A stretch of DNA of 64,000 nt from Deltaproteobacteria bacterium (GTDB lineage: Bacteria > Desulfobacterota > Deferrimicrobia > Deferrimicrobiales > Deferrimicrobiaceae), in contig CP070783.1 in assembly GCA_020346465.1 (NCBI GenBank), positions 1,969,402-2,033,401 of the forward strand, written 5' to 3'. The translations under genes were made by a program, and so were the position numbers. Under the pieces are notes generated by a model. It was not told the origin of the DNA, made no database searches, and saw only the letters and a program-made list of their open reading frames with translations. Shown piece by piece: positions 1 to 9,587 of the stretch (its first letter is position 1; each line of letters starts with the position of its first letter).

Positions 1-2
1 AC

Positions 3-173
3 CCCGCCTACGGCGCGAGGCCGCTGCGCCGGGCCATCCAGAAACACCTCCAGGACCCGCTGGCGACCCGCCTCCTCCGGGGGGAATTCCGGGGGGGGGA
101 CACGATCCGGGTGGAGCCGGAGGGGGAGACCGGGTTCCGGTTCGTGCGGGAGGAGCAGACCGTCGCGTCGTAA
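3..173 (+). CDS. clpB: ClpB/Clp ATPase chaperone, C-terminal fragment (5' truncated by window edge)
   Basis: Frame 3 translates to [29 protein letters not shown]...[14 protein letters not shown], matching the conserved Clp/Hsp100 C-terminal motif (YGARPLKRAIQ); stop TAA at 171-173. Confidence 0.8.
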   Translation, partial: PAYGARPLRRAIQKHLQDPLATRLLRGEFRGGDTIRVEPEGETGFRFVREEQTVAS

Positions 174-228
174 CGGGGTCCCGGGGGGCGTCCGCCCCCG
201 GGAAAGCGGCCCGCCCCGCCCGGCGGCC

Positions 229-1146
229 TTGACATCCCGGGGGCCGGACCCTACAGTAATCGAAACGCCGTTTGATCGGGATTCCGCCGTGAACGCATCG
301 GGCTTTGCGACGTTCCTCGCCCCCGCCAAGATCAACCTTTCGCTGCGGGTCTTCGGAAGGCGCCCGGACGGATACCACGAGATCCGCTCGGTGATGGTCC
401 CCCTGTCCCTTCACGACACGGTGTCGGTGGAGGCGACGCAGGGGGGGATCGAGGTCGAGACCGGCGACCCGGAGCTGCCGGGGGACCGGTCGAACACCTG
501 CTTCCGCGCGGCGGAGGCGTTCCGGCAAAGGACCGGCAGGCCCGACGGGGTCCGGATCGTCCTGACGAAGCGGATCCCCCGGGAGGCGGGGCTGGGCGGC
601 GGCTCTTCCGACGCGGCGGCGGTCCTCAAGGGGCTCTCGGCCCTCACCGGCATCGATCTCGCCGGGGAGGGGTGGACGGAGACGGCGGCCTCGGTCGGGG
701 CGGACGTCCCGTTCGTCCTCGGGGGCCGCCCCGCCCTGGCGGAGGGGATCGGGGAGCGGCTCACCCCGGTGGAGTGGCGGCTGCCGTGTTTTGCCGTGAT
801 CGTGAAGCCCCCCTTCGGGAGTTCCACCCGGGAGGGGTACGAACGGCTCCGGCGGGAACCCGGGGGGCCGCCCGCCCCCGTGGATCCCCCCGCCTTCCGC
901 ACGTGGGAGGACGTCGCGGCCTGGGCGGGAAACGACTTCGAGGCGGCCTGGGAGGAGGGTCGCGAGGCGTTCGGGCGGATCCGGGAGGAGATCCGGGCGA
1001 CGGGGGCAAGGGCCTGCGGGATGACGGGGAGCGGGTCGGCCTGGTTCGGCCTGTACGACGACGAGGGGCAGGCGCAGCGGGCGCGGGGGGCGCTGTCCGG
1101 CCGGGGGGACGGCCGGGCGGTCTTTTTCGCCCGCCACATCGCGTGA
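229..1146 (+). CDS. ispE: 4-diphosphocytidyl-2-C-methyl-D-erythritol kinase
   Basis: APAKINLSLRV.GRRPDGYHEIRSV and GLGGGSSDAAA GHMP-kinase motifs typical of IspE; TTG start per ORF track, true start may be slightly downstream. Confidence 0.85.
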   Translation: MTSRGPDPTVIETPFDRDSAVNASGFATFLAPAKINLSLRVFGRRPDGYHEIRSVMVPLSLHDTVSVEATQGGIEVETGDPELPGDRSNTCFRAAEAFRQRTGRPDGVRIVLTKRIPREAGLGGGSSDAAAVLKGLSALTGIDLAGEGWTETAASVGADVPFVLGGRPALAEGIGERLTPVEWRLPCFAVIVKPPFGSSTREGYERLRREPGGPPAPVDPPAFRTWEDVAAWAGNDFEAAWEEGREAFGRIREEIRATGARACGMTGSGSAWFGLYDDEGQAQRARGALSGRGDGRAVFFARHIA

Positions 1147-1163
1147 GGAAGGGGGACGGGGGG

Positions 1164-1442
1164 ATGCAGGTGACGGAGGTGAAGGTGTACCCGGTGCAGG
1201 ACGACGAGAAGCTGAAGGCCTACGCCACCATCGTGTTCGACGGATGCTTCGTCGTCCGGGACCTGAAGATCATCCAGGGGTCGGAGGGGCTGTTCGTCGC
1301 CATGCCCAGCAAGAAGAAGAAGGACGGGACCTACCGGGACGTGGCGCACCCCCTGAACAACGAGACCCGGCGGCGGATCGAGGAGGCGGTCATCGGGGAG
1401 TACGAGCGGGAGCGGATTGACGGGGTGGCGGCCGCCCGGTAG
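1164..1442 (+). CDS. spoVG: septation protein SpoVG
   Basis: MQVTEVKVYPVQDDEKLKAYATIVFDGCFVVRDLKIIQGSEGLFVAMPSKKKKDGTYRDVAHP is near-identical to the SpoVG consensus; ATG at 1164 with GGAAGGGGGA RBS, in frame inside the 672..1442 artefact ORF. Confidence 0.85.
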   Translation: MQVTEVKVYPVQDDEKLKAYATIVFDGCFVVRDLKIIQGSEGLFVAMPSKKKKDGTYRDVAHPLNNETRRRIEEAVIGEYERERIDGVAAAR

Positions 1443-1528
1443 GATGGTCCCGGGAGGCCTCGCCGGGGGGCGAGGGTCGCCCCCCGGCCCGTCCGCGGCC
1501 CCTCTCCGGGGAGGCCTAGGACCCCCGC

Positions 1529-1602
1529 TGGGAGGTCGTCTAATGGCAGGACAGGGGCCTTTGGAGCCTCTAGTGAAGGTTCGACCCCTTCCCTCCCAGC
1601 CA
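1529..1602 (+). tRNA. tRNA-Gln (anticodon UUG)
   Basis: Cloverleaf read directly: acceptor TGGGAGG/CCTCCCA (U1-A72), D arm GTCT-AATGGCA-GGAC, anticodon arm GGGGC-CTTTGGA-GCCTC (U33, UUG, G37), T arm GAAGG-TTCGACC-CCTTC, discriminator G, encoded CCA. ispE-tRNA-Gln-prs order is common. Confidence 0.8.
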
Positions 1603-1690
1603 TTTCCGTTTTCTCCTTGCCAACGGGACGCCAATCGGTATAATAACTCTTTCTTCACTCATCGGATCGTTTTCCGAGCAGAGGAGTGGT

Positions 1691-2626
1691 GTGACCAGGC
1701 TCAAGCTCTTTTCGGGCAACGCAAATATCGATCTGGCCCGGGAGATCTGCGCGTTCCTCTCCGTTCCCCTGGGGGCCGCGGTGGTCAAGCGGTTCAGCGA
1801 CGGGGAGATCAACGTCGACATCGGGGAGAATGTTCGGGGGGCGGACGTCTTCATCGTGCAGCCGACCTGTCCCCCGGTGAACGACCACCTGATCGAGCTT
1901 CTCATCCTCATGGATGCCCTGAAGCGTTCCTCCGCCAAGAGGGTCACGGCGGTCATCCCCTACTACGGGTACGCGCGGCAGGACCGGAAAGTGCTTCCCC
2001 GCGCACCGATCACCGCCAAGCTCGTGGCGGACCTGTTGACGGCGGCCGGCGTCTCCCGGGTGCTCACGATGGATCTGCACGCCGGGCAGATCCAGGGATT
2101 CTTCAACATTCCCGTCGACCACCTGTACGCAGCGCCCGTGATGCTCGACTACATCAAGGAGAACTGGGGCAACGACATCGTGTTCGTCTCCCCCGACGCG
2201 GGGGGCGTGGAACGGGCGCGGGCTTTCGCCAAGCGGCTGAACGCCACGCTGGCGATCATCGACAAGCGCCGGGCGGGGGCCAACGAATCCAAGGTGATGA
2301 ACATCATCGGCGACGTCGAGGGGAAAACCGCGGTTGTCCTCGACGACATGATCGACACGGGAGGGACGATGGTCCAGGGGGCCGACGCGCTGGTGCAGAG
2401 CGGGGCGAAGCGCGTCTTCGCCTGCGCCACCCACCCCGTCCTCTCGGGCCCCGCGATCGAGCGCCTGGAGAACTCCGTGATCGAGCAGCTCGTGGTCACC
2501 AACACGATCCCCCTGGGGTCCAAGGCGGGGTGTAAAAAGATCCGGGTCCTCTCGGTGGCGGGTCTTCTCGGAGAAGCCATCAAGCGGATCCATTTCAACG
2601 ATTCCGTCAGTTCGCTCTTTGTGTAG
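1691..2626 (+). CDS. prs: ribose-phosphate pyrophosphokinase
   Basis: Full-length PRPP synthetase: N-terminal [28 protein letters not shown] and C-terminal [11 protein letters not shown] motifs; GTG start. Confidence 0.9.
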   Translation: MTRLKLFSGNANIDLAREICAFLSVPLGAAVVKRFSDGEINVDIGENVRGADVFIVQPTCPPVNDHLIELLILMDALKRSSAKRVTAVIPYYGYARQDRKVLPRAPITAKLVADLLTAAGVSRVLTMDLHAGQIQGFFNIPVDHLYAAPVMLDYIKENWGNDIVFVSPDAGGVERARAFAKRLNATLAIIDKRRAGANESKVMNIIGDVEGKTAVVLDDMIDTGGTMVQGADALVQSGAKRVFACATHPVLSGPAIERLENSVIEQLVVTNTIPLGSKAGCKKIRVLSVAGLLGEAIKRIHFNDSVSSLFV

Positions 2627-2641
2627 CGGGAGGAAAACGAT

Positions 2642-3307
2642 ATGGCCATGATGGAGTTGTCGGCGGTCCGCCGCCGCGGGTCCGGGAAGGAGCTCACCCG
2701 GAAACTGCTTTCCCGGGGGAAGGTCCCGGGGGTGATGTACGGGAAGGGCCTGGAAAGCCGTCCGGTCGAATTCGAACGACGGGATCTGGAAAAGTTCCTG
2801 GGCGTCGCCCGCCGGGGGACCGTCATCGTCCGGCTGAGCGTGCAGGACGGGGACGACCAGAAGGAGTCGTTCGCGGTTCTGAAGGAGACGCAGACGAACC
2901 CCAAAACCGACCGGGTGATCCACGTCGATTTCTACGAGGTCGCCTTCGGGAAGAAGTTCCGCATCGAGGTGCCCATCCGCGTCAAGGGAAAAGCGGCCGG
3001 GATCGAGCAGGGGGGCATCGTCGAGCAGGTGACCCGCAGCCTCGAGGTCGAATGCCTGCCGAAAAATGTGCCGGAGTTCCTGGAGGTGGACGTCACGCCG
3101 CTCGAGATCGGGCACTCGCTCCACCTGAAGGACATCACCTTCCCCGAGGGGGTTGTGCCCCTGGAGAAGGAGATGTCGGCCACCATCGTTTCCGTCCACG
3201 CCCCGAGAGTCGAGGAGGTCGTGACCGTGGTGCCCGAGGAGGAGGCGGCGGCGGCGGAGACGGCGGAAGGCGCCAGTGTGGCGGAACCCGGGGAAAAGGA
3301 GAAGTAG
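2642..3307 (+). CDS. rplY: 50S ribosomal protein L25 / general stress protein Ctc
   Basis: About 221 aa Ctc-form L25 (ELTRKLLSRGKVPGVMYGKG...), acidic C-terminal tail; prs-ctc-pth synteny. Confidence 0.85.
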   Translation: MAMMELSAVRRRGSGKELTRKLLSRGKVPGVMYGKGLESRPVEFERRDLEKFLGVARRGTVIVRLSVQDGDDQKESFAVLKETQTNPKTDRVIHVDFYEVAFGKKFRIEVPIRVKGKAAGIEQGGIVEQVTRSLEVECLPKNVPEFLEVDVTPLEIGHSLHLKDITFPEGVVPLEKEMSATIVSVHAPRVEEVVTVVPEEEAAAAETAEGASVAEPGEKEK

Positions 3308-3896
3308 CTCCGTCCCTTCCCGTCTCGTGTTCGGTCTCGGGAACCCCGGCCGGCGGTACGCGGGAACGTTTCACAACGCGGGGTTCCTGGCGCTGGATCT
3401 TCTGGCGGTCACCTGCGGCATCCGGCTCCGGTCCTCCGGGGAGGCCGAGGTCGGCGTGGGGACGGTGGAGGGAGTGACGGTTCTCCTCGGCAAGCCGAGG
3501 ACGTACATGAACCGGAGCGGACGGGCCGTGGCGCCCGTCTACGGGAGATTCGCGGGGTCTCCCGAAGACCTCGTGGTTCTTCACGACGATCTCGATCTGG
3601 GCCTGGGCGTCGTGAGGCTGAAGCGCGGCGGCGGGATGGGGGGCCACAACGGCCTCCGCTCGCTGGAGGAGGAGCTCGGCACCCGGGACTTCCTCCGGGT
3701 CCGCATCGGGATCGGCCGTCCCCCGGGAGGGGTCGACCCGGCCGATTTCGTTCTCCGACCGGTCCCGGAGGAGGTGCGGGAGCGGTTTCAGGGGGGGATC
3801 TCCTCCGCCGCGGAGGCTGTCGCGGAGATCCTCCGGGAAGGGTTCGACAGGACGATGACGCGGTGGAACGGGCGCCGCGCAGCACCCCCTCCCTGA
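3276..3896 (+). CDS. pth: peptidyl-tRNA hydrolase
   Basis: LVFGLGNPG..Y..TFHNAGF and the HNG/GIGRP motifs of Pth; the ORF-track start (3276) overlaps rplY, so the true start is probably GTG at 3327. Confidence 0.85.
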   Translation: MWRNPGKRRSSSVPSRLVFGLGNPGRRYAGTFHNAGFLALDLLAVTCGIRLRSSGEAEVGVGTVEGVTVLLGKPRTYMNRSGRAVAPVYGRFAGSPEDLVVLHDDLDLGLGVVRLKRGGGMGGHNGLRSLEEELGTRDFLRVRIGIGRPPGGVDPADFVLRPVPEEVRERFQGGISSAAEAVAEILREGFDRTMTRWNGRRAAPPP

Positions 3897-3969
3897 CGTT
3901 GCGGGGGAAGGGGACATACTCCTTGCTCCCGGCGGCCAAGACCGGGGGCTCGATGAGCCGAAAGGAGGC

Positions 3970-4377
3970 TTGGGCACCATGACGAAGTACGAGACCGCCA
4001 TCCTGTTCCACCCGGAACTCCCCGAGGACCGGCGCAAGGAATTTCTCGCAAAGATCGAGGGGATCGTCGCCTCGTTCGGGGGGGAGATCCTCAAGCAGGA
4101 CGACTGGGGGATCCGGAAGCTTGCCTACCCGATCCGGAAGACCCCCAACGCGTTTTACACCTTTCTGATCTACTCCGGCAGGCGCGGCGTGGTCGAGGAG
4201 GTGGAGCGGAACATCAAGATTTTCGACGACGTGATGCGCCACATGACGTCCCGCGTCGAATTCGAGATCAAGCCGGCCGCGGCGGAGCCGGCTCCTGAGG
4301 AGGGTTCCCCCCCGGCGGAGAGCGGCGGGGAGACCCCCGGGACCCCGCTGCCCGCGGACGACGCGCCCCGCGCGTAG
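3970..4377 (+). CDS. rpsF: 30S ribosomal protein S6
   Basis: MTKYETAILFHPELPEDRRKEFLAKIEGI..., S6 fold with acidic C-terminal tail; AAGGAGG RBS 10 nt upstream. Confidence 0.9.
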   Translation: MGTMTKYETAILFHPELPEDRRKEFLAKIEGIVASFGGEILKQDDWGIRKLAYPIRKTPNAFYTFLIYSGRRGVVEEVERNIKIFDDVMRHMTSRVEFEIKPAAAEPAPEEGSPPAESGGETPGTPLPADDAPRA

Positions 4378-4391
4378 GGGAAGGAGGACCG

Positions 4392-4793
4392 ATGGTCGCC
4401 TTTAACCGTGTGATCCTCGCGGGAAACCTGGTCCGCGACCCGGAGATCCGCTACCTCCCCTCCGGCCTGTCGGTGACCAGCTTCGCCATCGCGGTCAACT
4501 CCCGGTACCGGCAGAACAACGAGCTCAAGGAAGAGGTATCCTACTTCGACATCGTCGTCTTCGGGAAGCTGGGGGAAACCTGCGCGGAGTATCTTTCCAA
4601 GGGACGGGCGGTGCTCGTGGAGGGGCGCCTGCGCCAGCGACGCTGGGAATCCGAGGGGACGAAGAGAAGCAAGATCGAGGTGGTTGCCGGGGGGGTCCAG
4701 TTCCTGGGCGGGGGGCCGAGGAGCGGGGCGGCGGCCGAAGGCGACCAGGGCGGCCAGCCGGCGGACGCCCAGGAAGACGACATTCCGTTCTAA
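4392..4793 (+). CDS. ssb: single-stranded DNA-binding protein
   Basis: OB-fold N-terminus (NRVILAGNLVRDPEIRYLPSG), Gly/Gln-rich linker and canonical C-terminal DDIPF tail. Confidence 0.9.
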   Translation: MVAFNRVILAGNLVRDPEIRYLPSGLSVTSFAIAVNSRYRQNNELKEEVSYFDIVVFGKLGETCAEYLSKGRAVLVEGRLRQRRWESEGTKRSKIEVVAGGVQFLGGGPRSGAAAEGDQGGQPADAQEDDIPF

Positions 4794-4826
4794 CGAGACC
4801 ATCCTTCAGGAGGCGACAGGAAAACG

Positions 4827-5117
4827 ATGAGCACCCCAATGAAACCGAGGTCCGGCCCGGGAAGACCCGGGGGGCCCGGAGGCGGCCCGAGAAGACGCTA
4901 CGTCCGGAAAAAATTCTGCCGGTTCTGCGCGGAGAAGGACCTCCGGATCGACTACAAGAACGTGTACCTGCTCAAGCACTTCATCTCCGAGCGGGGCAAG
5001 ATCGTTCCCCGCAGGATTTCGGGAACGTGTGCGACCCATCAGCGCAAGCTGACGGTCGAGATCAAGAAAGCCCGCATCGTGGCGCTGGTGCCGTTCACGG
5101 CGACGCAGGTCAGGTAG
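4827..5117 (+). CDS. rpsR: 30S ribosomal protein S18
   Basis: [49 protein letters not shown] is the S18 signature; rpsF-ssb-rpsR-rplI synteny. Confidence 0.9.
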   Translation: MSTPMKPRSGPGRPGGPGGGPRRRYVRKKFCRFCAEKDLRIDYKNVYLLKHFISERGKIVPRRISGTCATHQRKLTVEIKKARIVALVPFTATQVR

Positions 5118-5127
5118 GGGGAGACCG

Positions 5128-5571
5128 ATGAAAGTGATTCTGCAGGAGGATGTCGACACCCTCGGGAAGGCCGGCGACATCGTGAAGGTCGCCGACGGGT
5201 ACGGCCGCAACTATCTCATCCCGAAACGTCTGGCCGTCCCGGCCGACGTGCGGAACCTCAGGGCGCTCGAGCACGACCGCCGGGTCATCGAGGCGCGCTC
5301 GAAGAAGGTCCGCAGGAGCGCGGAGGAGATGGGAGGGAGGTTGTCCTCCCTCTCCCTGACCATTCCGGCGAAGGCGGGCGAGGAGGGAAAACTCTTCGGG
5401 GCGGTCACCTCGCGCGACATCGCTGAGGCGCTCGAACGGGCAGGGGTGGCCGTTGACCGCAGGATGGTGCTCCTGGAGGAGCCGATCAAGCAGGTCGGCG
5501 ACTACAAGGTGAAGATCAAGGCGGGGACGGACATCGTTCCCGAGGTCTCCGTCCGCGTGGTGGCGGAATAG
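5128..5571 (+). CDS. rplI: 50S ribosomal protein L9
   Basis: MKVILQEDVDTLGKAGDIVKVADGYGRNYLIPKRLA is the L9 N-domain signature. Confidence 0.9.
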   Translation: MKVILQEDVDTLGKAGDIVKVADGYGRNYLIPKRLAVPADVRNLRALEHDRRVIEARSKKVRRSAEEMGGRLSSLSLTIPAKAGEEGKLFGAVTSRDIAEALERAGVAVDRRMVLLEEPIKQVGDYKVKIKAGTDIVPEVSVRVVAE

Positions 5572-5599
5572 GGTCCATCCTCCGGGGAAGGGGGGCGAC

Positions 5600-6985
5600 A
5601 TGAACGGTCCGCGGTTGACGACGCACGGAGCGGCGGAAACGTCTCTCCTGAAGATCCCTCCCCACAGTCTCGAGGCGGAGCAGGCCGTGCTCGCCTCGAT
5701 TCTCCTCAACAACGACCTGATGAACGACGTCGTGGAGGTCCTCCGCCCGGACGACTTCTACCAGGGCGCCCACCGGACGCTCTTCTCCACGATGGTGGAT
5801 CTGTACGAGCGCGGCCGTGCGATCGACCAGCTGACGCTCGCCGAGGCCCTCAACACCCGGGGCGTGGCAAACGAGGTGGGGGGCCTGTCCTACCTCTCCG
5901 ATCTCATCCACGACATTCCCACCACCGCGAACGTCGCCGACTACGCCCGGCTGGTCAAGGAGAAGGCGATCCTCCGGAGGATGATCACCGTGGCCCAGCA
6001 GATCACGAATTCCGCGTTCCAGGGCGTGGGCGAGGTCGACGACTTTCTCGACAGGACCGAGCAGGCGATCTTCTCGATCGCCGAGGAGAAGATCAAGCCG
6101 TCCTTCTACTCGATGGCGGAGATGGGAAAGGAGGCGATGCGGGAGATCGAGAAGCTCTACGAGAAGAAGGAGCTGATCACCGGCGTCCCTTCCGGATTCC
6201 GCGACCTCGACCGTCTGACGGCGGGGTTCCAGAAGTCCGACATGATCGTCGTGGCGGCCCGTCCCGGGATGGGGAAGACGGCCTTTTCCCTCAACGTCGC
6301 CCTCCACGCCGCCCTTCGCAGCGGGCTGCCGGTCGCGATCTTCTCGCTGGAGATGAGCCGCCAGCAACTGGCGCTTCGCATGATCTGTTCGGAGGCGCGG
6401 GTCAACTTCCAGCGGCTGCGGACCGGGTACCTGACCCAGGAGGAGATCAACAGGATCGTCGCCGCCGTGGGCAGGCTCTCCGAGGCGCAGATCTACTGCG
6501 ACGACTCCGGCGCGCTGACCGCCCTCGAACTGCGGGCGAAGGCCCGCCGGCTGAAGAAGGACAAGGGGATCGGGATGGTCATCGTCGACTACCTCCAGCT
6601 CATGCGGGGGCCATCGGGGCGCGGCGGCCAGGACAACCGCGTCCAGGAGATCTCCGAGATCTCCCGCTCTCTCAAGGCCCTGGCGAAGGAGATCGACGTC
6701 CCGGTCGTCGCCATATCCCAGCTCAACCGGGGAGTGGAGAGCAGGACCGACAAGCGGCCCCAGATGGCGGACCTGAGAGAGTCGGGCGCAATTGAACAGG
6801 ACAGCGACCTGATCCTGTTCATCTACCGCGAGGAGATGTACAGCAAGGGCGAGGTCCCCGAGGACAAAAAGGGGGTCGCCGAGATCATCATCGGGAAGCA
6901 GCGCAACGGCCCGATGGGCATGGTCGAGCTCACCTTCCTGAACCAGTACACCCGTTTCGAGGACATGGCGCGGGACTACGAGTAG
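5600..6985 (+). CDS. dnaB: replicative DNA helicase DnaB
   Basis: PHSLEAEQAVLASILL N-domain; Walker A GMGKTAF, Walker B IVDYLQLM, SQLNR motif; 461 aa, no intein. Confidence 0.9.
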   Translation: MNGPRLTTHGAAETSLLKIPPHSLEAEQAVLASILLNNDLMNDVVEVLRPDDFYQGAHRTLFSTMVDLYERGRAIDQLTLAEALNTRGVANEVGGLSYLSDLIHDIPTTANVADYARLVKEKAILRRMITVAQQITNSAFQGVGEVDDFLDRTEQAIFSIAEEKIKPSFYSMAEMGKEAMREIEKLYEKKELITGVPSGFRDLDRLTAGFQKSDMIVVAARPGMGKTAFSLNVALHAALRSGLPVAIFSLEMSRQQLALRMICSEARVNFQRLRTGYLTQEEINRIVAAVGRLSEAQIYCDDSGALTALELRAKARRLKKDKGIGMVIVDYLQLMRGPSGRGGQDNRVQEISEISRSLKALAKEIDVPVVAISQLNRGVESRTDKRPQMADLRESGAIEQDSDLILFIYREEMYSKGEVPEDKKGVAEIIIGKQRNGPMGMVELTFLNQYTRFEDMARDYE

Positions 6986-8469
6986 CCCCTTCCCCCGCGG
7001 TGCGGCCGCGAAGGGGCCGGTCCGTCTCTTTCCTGCCGGGACGTTCCCTTTCCGGGGAGGAGGGAGAGGGACGACAGCTTTTTCCGCAGGGTGTTCCGGT
7101 TGATCCCCAGGATCGCCGCGGCCTTCACCTGGTTTCCTCCGGTCACCTCCAGGACGATCTTGATGAGCGGCTTCTCCATCTGCCGGAGGAAGTAGCCGTG
7201 GAGGTCGTCCTCGCTCTCGATCGCCTTCCCCAGGCGCCCCACGAACTCCCGGATCCGCTCCTCGATGACCTGCTCCAGGGGGGCCGTGGACAGGTCGGGC
7301 GCACCGCCCGCCTTGGCCAGCTCCCGCGCCACCTCTTCCCGCCGCAGGAGCTTTCCCGTGGAGAGGACGGCCAGCCTCTGTACGAAGTTCTCGAGCTCCC
7401 GGATGTTCCCTTTCCAGTGATGGGACGCCATCACCTCCAGCGCCTCTTTCGAGAACGACCGGGGGGGCCGGGAGAGGATCGCGCAATACTTCTGGAGGAA
7501 GAAATCCGCGAGAAGGGGAATGTCCTCCCGCCTCTCCGACAGGGGGGGGACGCGGATCGGGAAGACGTTCAGCCGGTCGAAGAGGTCCTCCCGGAACTTG
7601 CCGTCCGCGACCATCCGTCGCAGGTCCCGGTTGGTCGCCGCGATGATGCGCCCCCGGAACTTCCGGTTCTGGTTCGACCCCAGCCTCGAGAATTCCTTTT
7701 CCTGCAGCACGCGGAGAAGCTTCGCCTGGAGGTCGGTCGGGATGTCCCCCACCTCGTCGAGGAAAAGAGTCCCCCCCGAGGCGGCCTCCAGTTTCCCCTC
7801 CCGGGCCGTGTCCGCCCCGGTGAACGCTCCCTTCTCGAAGCCGAACAGCTCCGCCTCCTGCAGGTCCCTCGGAAGGGCGGAGGCATTGACCGCCACGAAA
7901 GGGCCTGCGGGGGTCCCGAGCTCGTGGATGCCGCGGGCGACGAGCTCCTTTCCCACGCCGCGTTCCCCCAGAAGCAGCACGGTGGCGTCGGAGTCCGCCA
8001 CTTTTCCGACGCCCAGGAAGACGTCCAGGATGGCGCGGCTGCGCCCCACGATCCGGCCCGACTTCCAGTCTTCGGCCTCTTCCGTCCGGAACGGCCGCTC
8101 CCGGGAGGCCGACTCCTTCGTGACGTCCCGGAGCAGGCTCTCGATGTGGGCGATGTCGAACGGCTTGGTGATGAACTCCGCGGCCCCCGCGCGGGTGGAG
8201 CGGGCGGCGGCATCCGGCCGGCGGACGGCCGTCATGATGAAGAAGCGGGTCGGGGATTTCCTCGCCTGGATCCTTTCGAGCACCTCGATCCCTTCCATGG
8301 CGGGCATGCGGATGTCGATGAACGCCGCGGCGTAGGTGTTCCGGGTCAGCAGGGCGAGCGCCTTTTCCCCGTCCTCCGCCAGGTCGGGGGCGAACCCCAT
8401 CCCGGAAACCGTCTTCTTGAGGACCCAGCGGATGCTCTCGTCGTCGTCGGCGATGAGGACTTTCTTCAC
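6976..8469 (-). CDS. ntrC: sigma-54-dependent response regulator, NtrC-like (receiver + AAA+ + Fis HTH)
   Basis: Receiver KKVLIADDDESIRWVL...FIDIRMP, sigma-54 domain GERGVGKE / ESELFGFEKGAFTGA, C-terminal HTH AAAILGINRNTLRKKL. GTG start at 8469-8467 overlaps the upstream kinase stop (GTGA). Last gene of a nifR3-ntrB-ntrC-type operon. Confidence 0.75.
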   Translation of the reverse strand: MKKVLIADDDESIRWVLKKTVSGMGFAPDLAEDGEKALALLTRNTYAAAFIDIRMPAMEGIEVLERIQARKSPTRFFIMTAVRRPDAAARSTRAGAAEFITKPFDIAHIESLLRDVTKESASRERPFRTEEAEDWKSGRIVGRSRAILDVFLGVGKVADSDATVLLLGERGVGKELVARGIHELGTPAGPFVAVNASALPRDLQEAELFGFEKGAFTGADTAREGKLEAASGGTLFLDEVGDIPTDLQAKLLRVLQEKEFSRLGSNQNRKFRGRIIAATNRDLRRMVADGKFREDLFDRLNVFPIRVPPLSERREDIPLLADFFLQKYCAILSRPPRSFSKEALEVMASHHWKGNIRELENFVQRLAVLSTGKLLRREEVARELAKAGGAPDLSTAPLEQVIEERIREFVGRLGKAIESEDDLHGYFLRQMEKPLIKIVLEVTGGNQVKAAAILGINRNTLRKKLSSLSLLPGKGTSRQERDGPAPSRPHRGGRGYS

Positions 8470-9587
8470 GTGCCTTTTTTCTTTCCGGAGGTGACTGGAA
8501 GGGATATTGTAACCGTCGTCCCCGTTCCCCGCACGGATTTTATTTCCATCTTCCCGCCGTACCGGGAGATCGACTGCCTTGCCATGACGAGGCCCAGACC
8601 CGTGCCCTTTGCCTTCGTCGTGTAGAAGGGCAGGAACGCTTTTCGCACCTCCTCCTCCGACATCCCGATTCCGTCGTCCGCGATGAAGATGTCCACGAAG
8701 GACCGCGTTCTGCCTCTTGCCCGGCCCCACCGGTAATCGACGTTCATCCGGGTGCGGATGCGCACGGTCCCCCTCCCCGGGATGGACTCCACAGCGTTCT
8801 TGAGGATGTTCACGATCGCCCGGAACACGGTGTCGGGGTGTCCGGAGACGTCGGGAAGGCTCGGGTCGGCGACGATCTCGAACCGGATCTCCTTCCCCCG
8901 GGCGCGCACGTCCGCGAGCATCAGGTCCTGGGCCTCCCGGAGGATCGGGAAGACCGGGAACGCGCGGGCCGGAGGAGGGTTCCTCCCCATCTCGAGCATC
9001 TTCTCCACGAGCCCGTTGATCCTCTCCGCCTCCCGCAGGATCAGCTGCGTTCCTTCCCGCCGCTCCTCCCCGGAGGCTTCCCCCCGAAGCATCCACTGGG
9101 CCGCTCCGCGGATTCCCCCGAGGGGGTTCTTGATCTCGTGCGCGATCCCGTACGCGAGCGTCTGCATCTCCTCCGCGCTCACGGCGGCTCTCTCCTCCTG
9201 CCCGACCAGACTGAGGATCTCGGCGGGCTTGATCGACAGGACGGCGCCGTTCGGCTCCCCGGCGGGGCCGGGCATCGGGGACGCCCCGATGATGACGGGG
9301 AGCGGGGGGGGGGCCTGGCTGTCCTCCGCAGGTGGGCGCCGGGGCATCCTGAGCTCCACGTCGTACCCGGTGACGGCCGTGTTGTCCTCCAGGGCTTTCC
9401 GCAGGATGCGCGCGGGGCCGGGGGAGCCGCGGAACACCGTCCGGTAATGTTTCCCGACGAACGCCCGGGACGACCCGTGGAGGATCTCCTCGGCGGCGGG
9501 GTTGATGTAGACGAGCCTCCCCGTCCCGTCGAACGCGAGGATCCCGATGTTCACGGACTCGAGCGTCTGCTGGAAGAGGTCGCTCAA
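8466..9587 (-). CDS. ntrB: soluble PAS sensor histidine kinase, NtrB-like
   Basis: N-terminal PAS region (LESVNIGILAFDGTGRLVYINPAAEEIL) with no TM segment; H box AYGIAHEIKNPLGGIRG; HATPase N/G boxes (ADDGIGM, GTGLGL). No ATG/GTG available: the only in-frame start is TTG at 9587-9585, overlapping the dusB stop (TTGA). Confidence 0.65.
   Translation of the reverse strand: MSDLFQQTLESVNIGILAFDGTGRLVYINPAAEEILHGSSRAFVGKHYRTVFRGSPGPARILRKALEDNTAVTGYDVELRMPRRPPAEDSQAPPPLPVIIGASPMPGPAGEPNGAVLSIKPAEILSLVGQEERAAVSAEEMQTLAYGIAHEIKNPLGGIRGAAQWMLRGEASGEERREGTQLILREAERINGLVEKMLEMGRNPPPARAFPVFPILREAQDLMLADVRARGKEIRFEIVADPSLPDVSGHPDTVFRAIVNILKNAVESIPGRGTVRIRTRMNVDYRWGRARGRTRSFVDIFIADDGIGMSEEEVRKAFLPFYTTKAKGTGLGLVMARQSISRYGGKMEIKSVRGTGTTVTISLPVTSGKKKGT

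Noticed and set aside
1458-1475. GC hairpin CCTCGCC-gggg-GGCGAGG just after spoVG as a terminator
   Set aside because: It has a stable stem but no downstream U-tract; it may be a processing or pause site ahead of tRNA-Gln but cannot be called an intrinsic terminator from sequence alone
1331-1956. Minus-strand ORFs 1331..1603 and 1570..1956 and the plus-strand ORF 1417..2535
   Set aside because: They overlap tRNA-Gln and prs; the translations are Arg/Gly/Pro-rich with no homology signal
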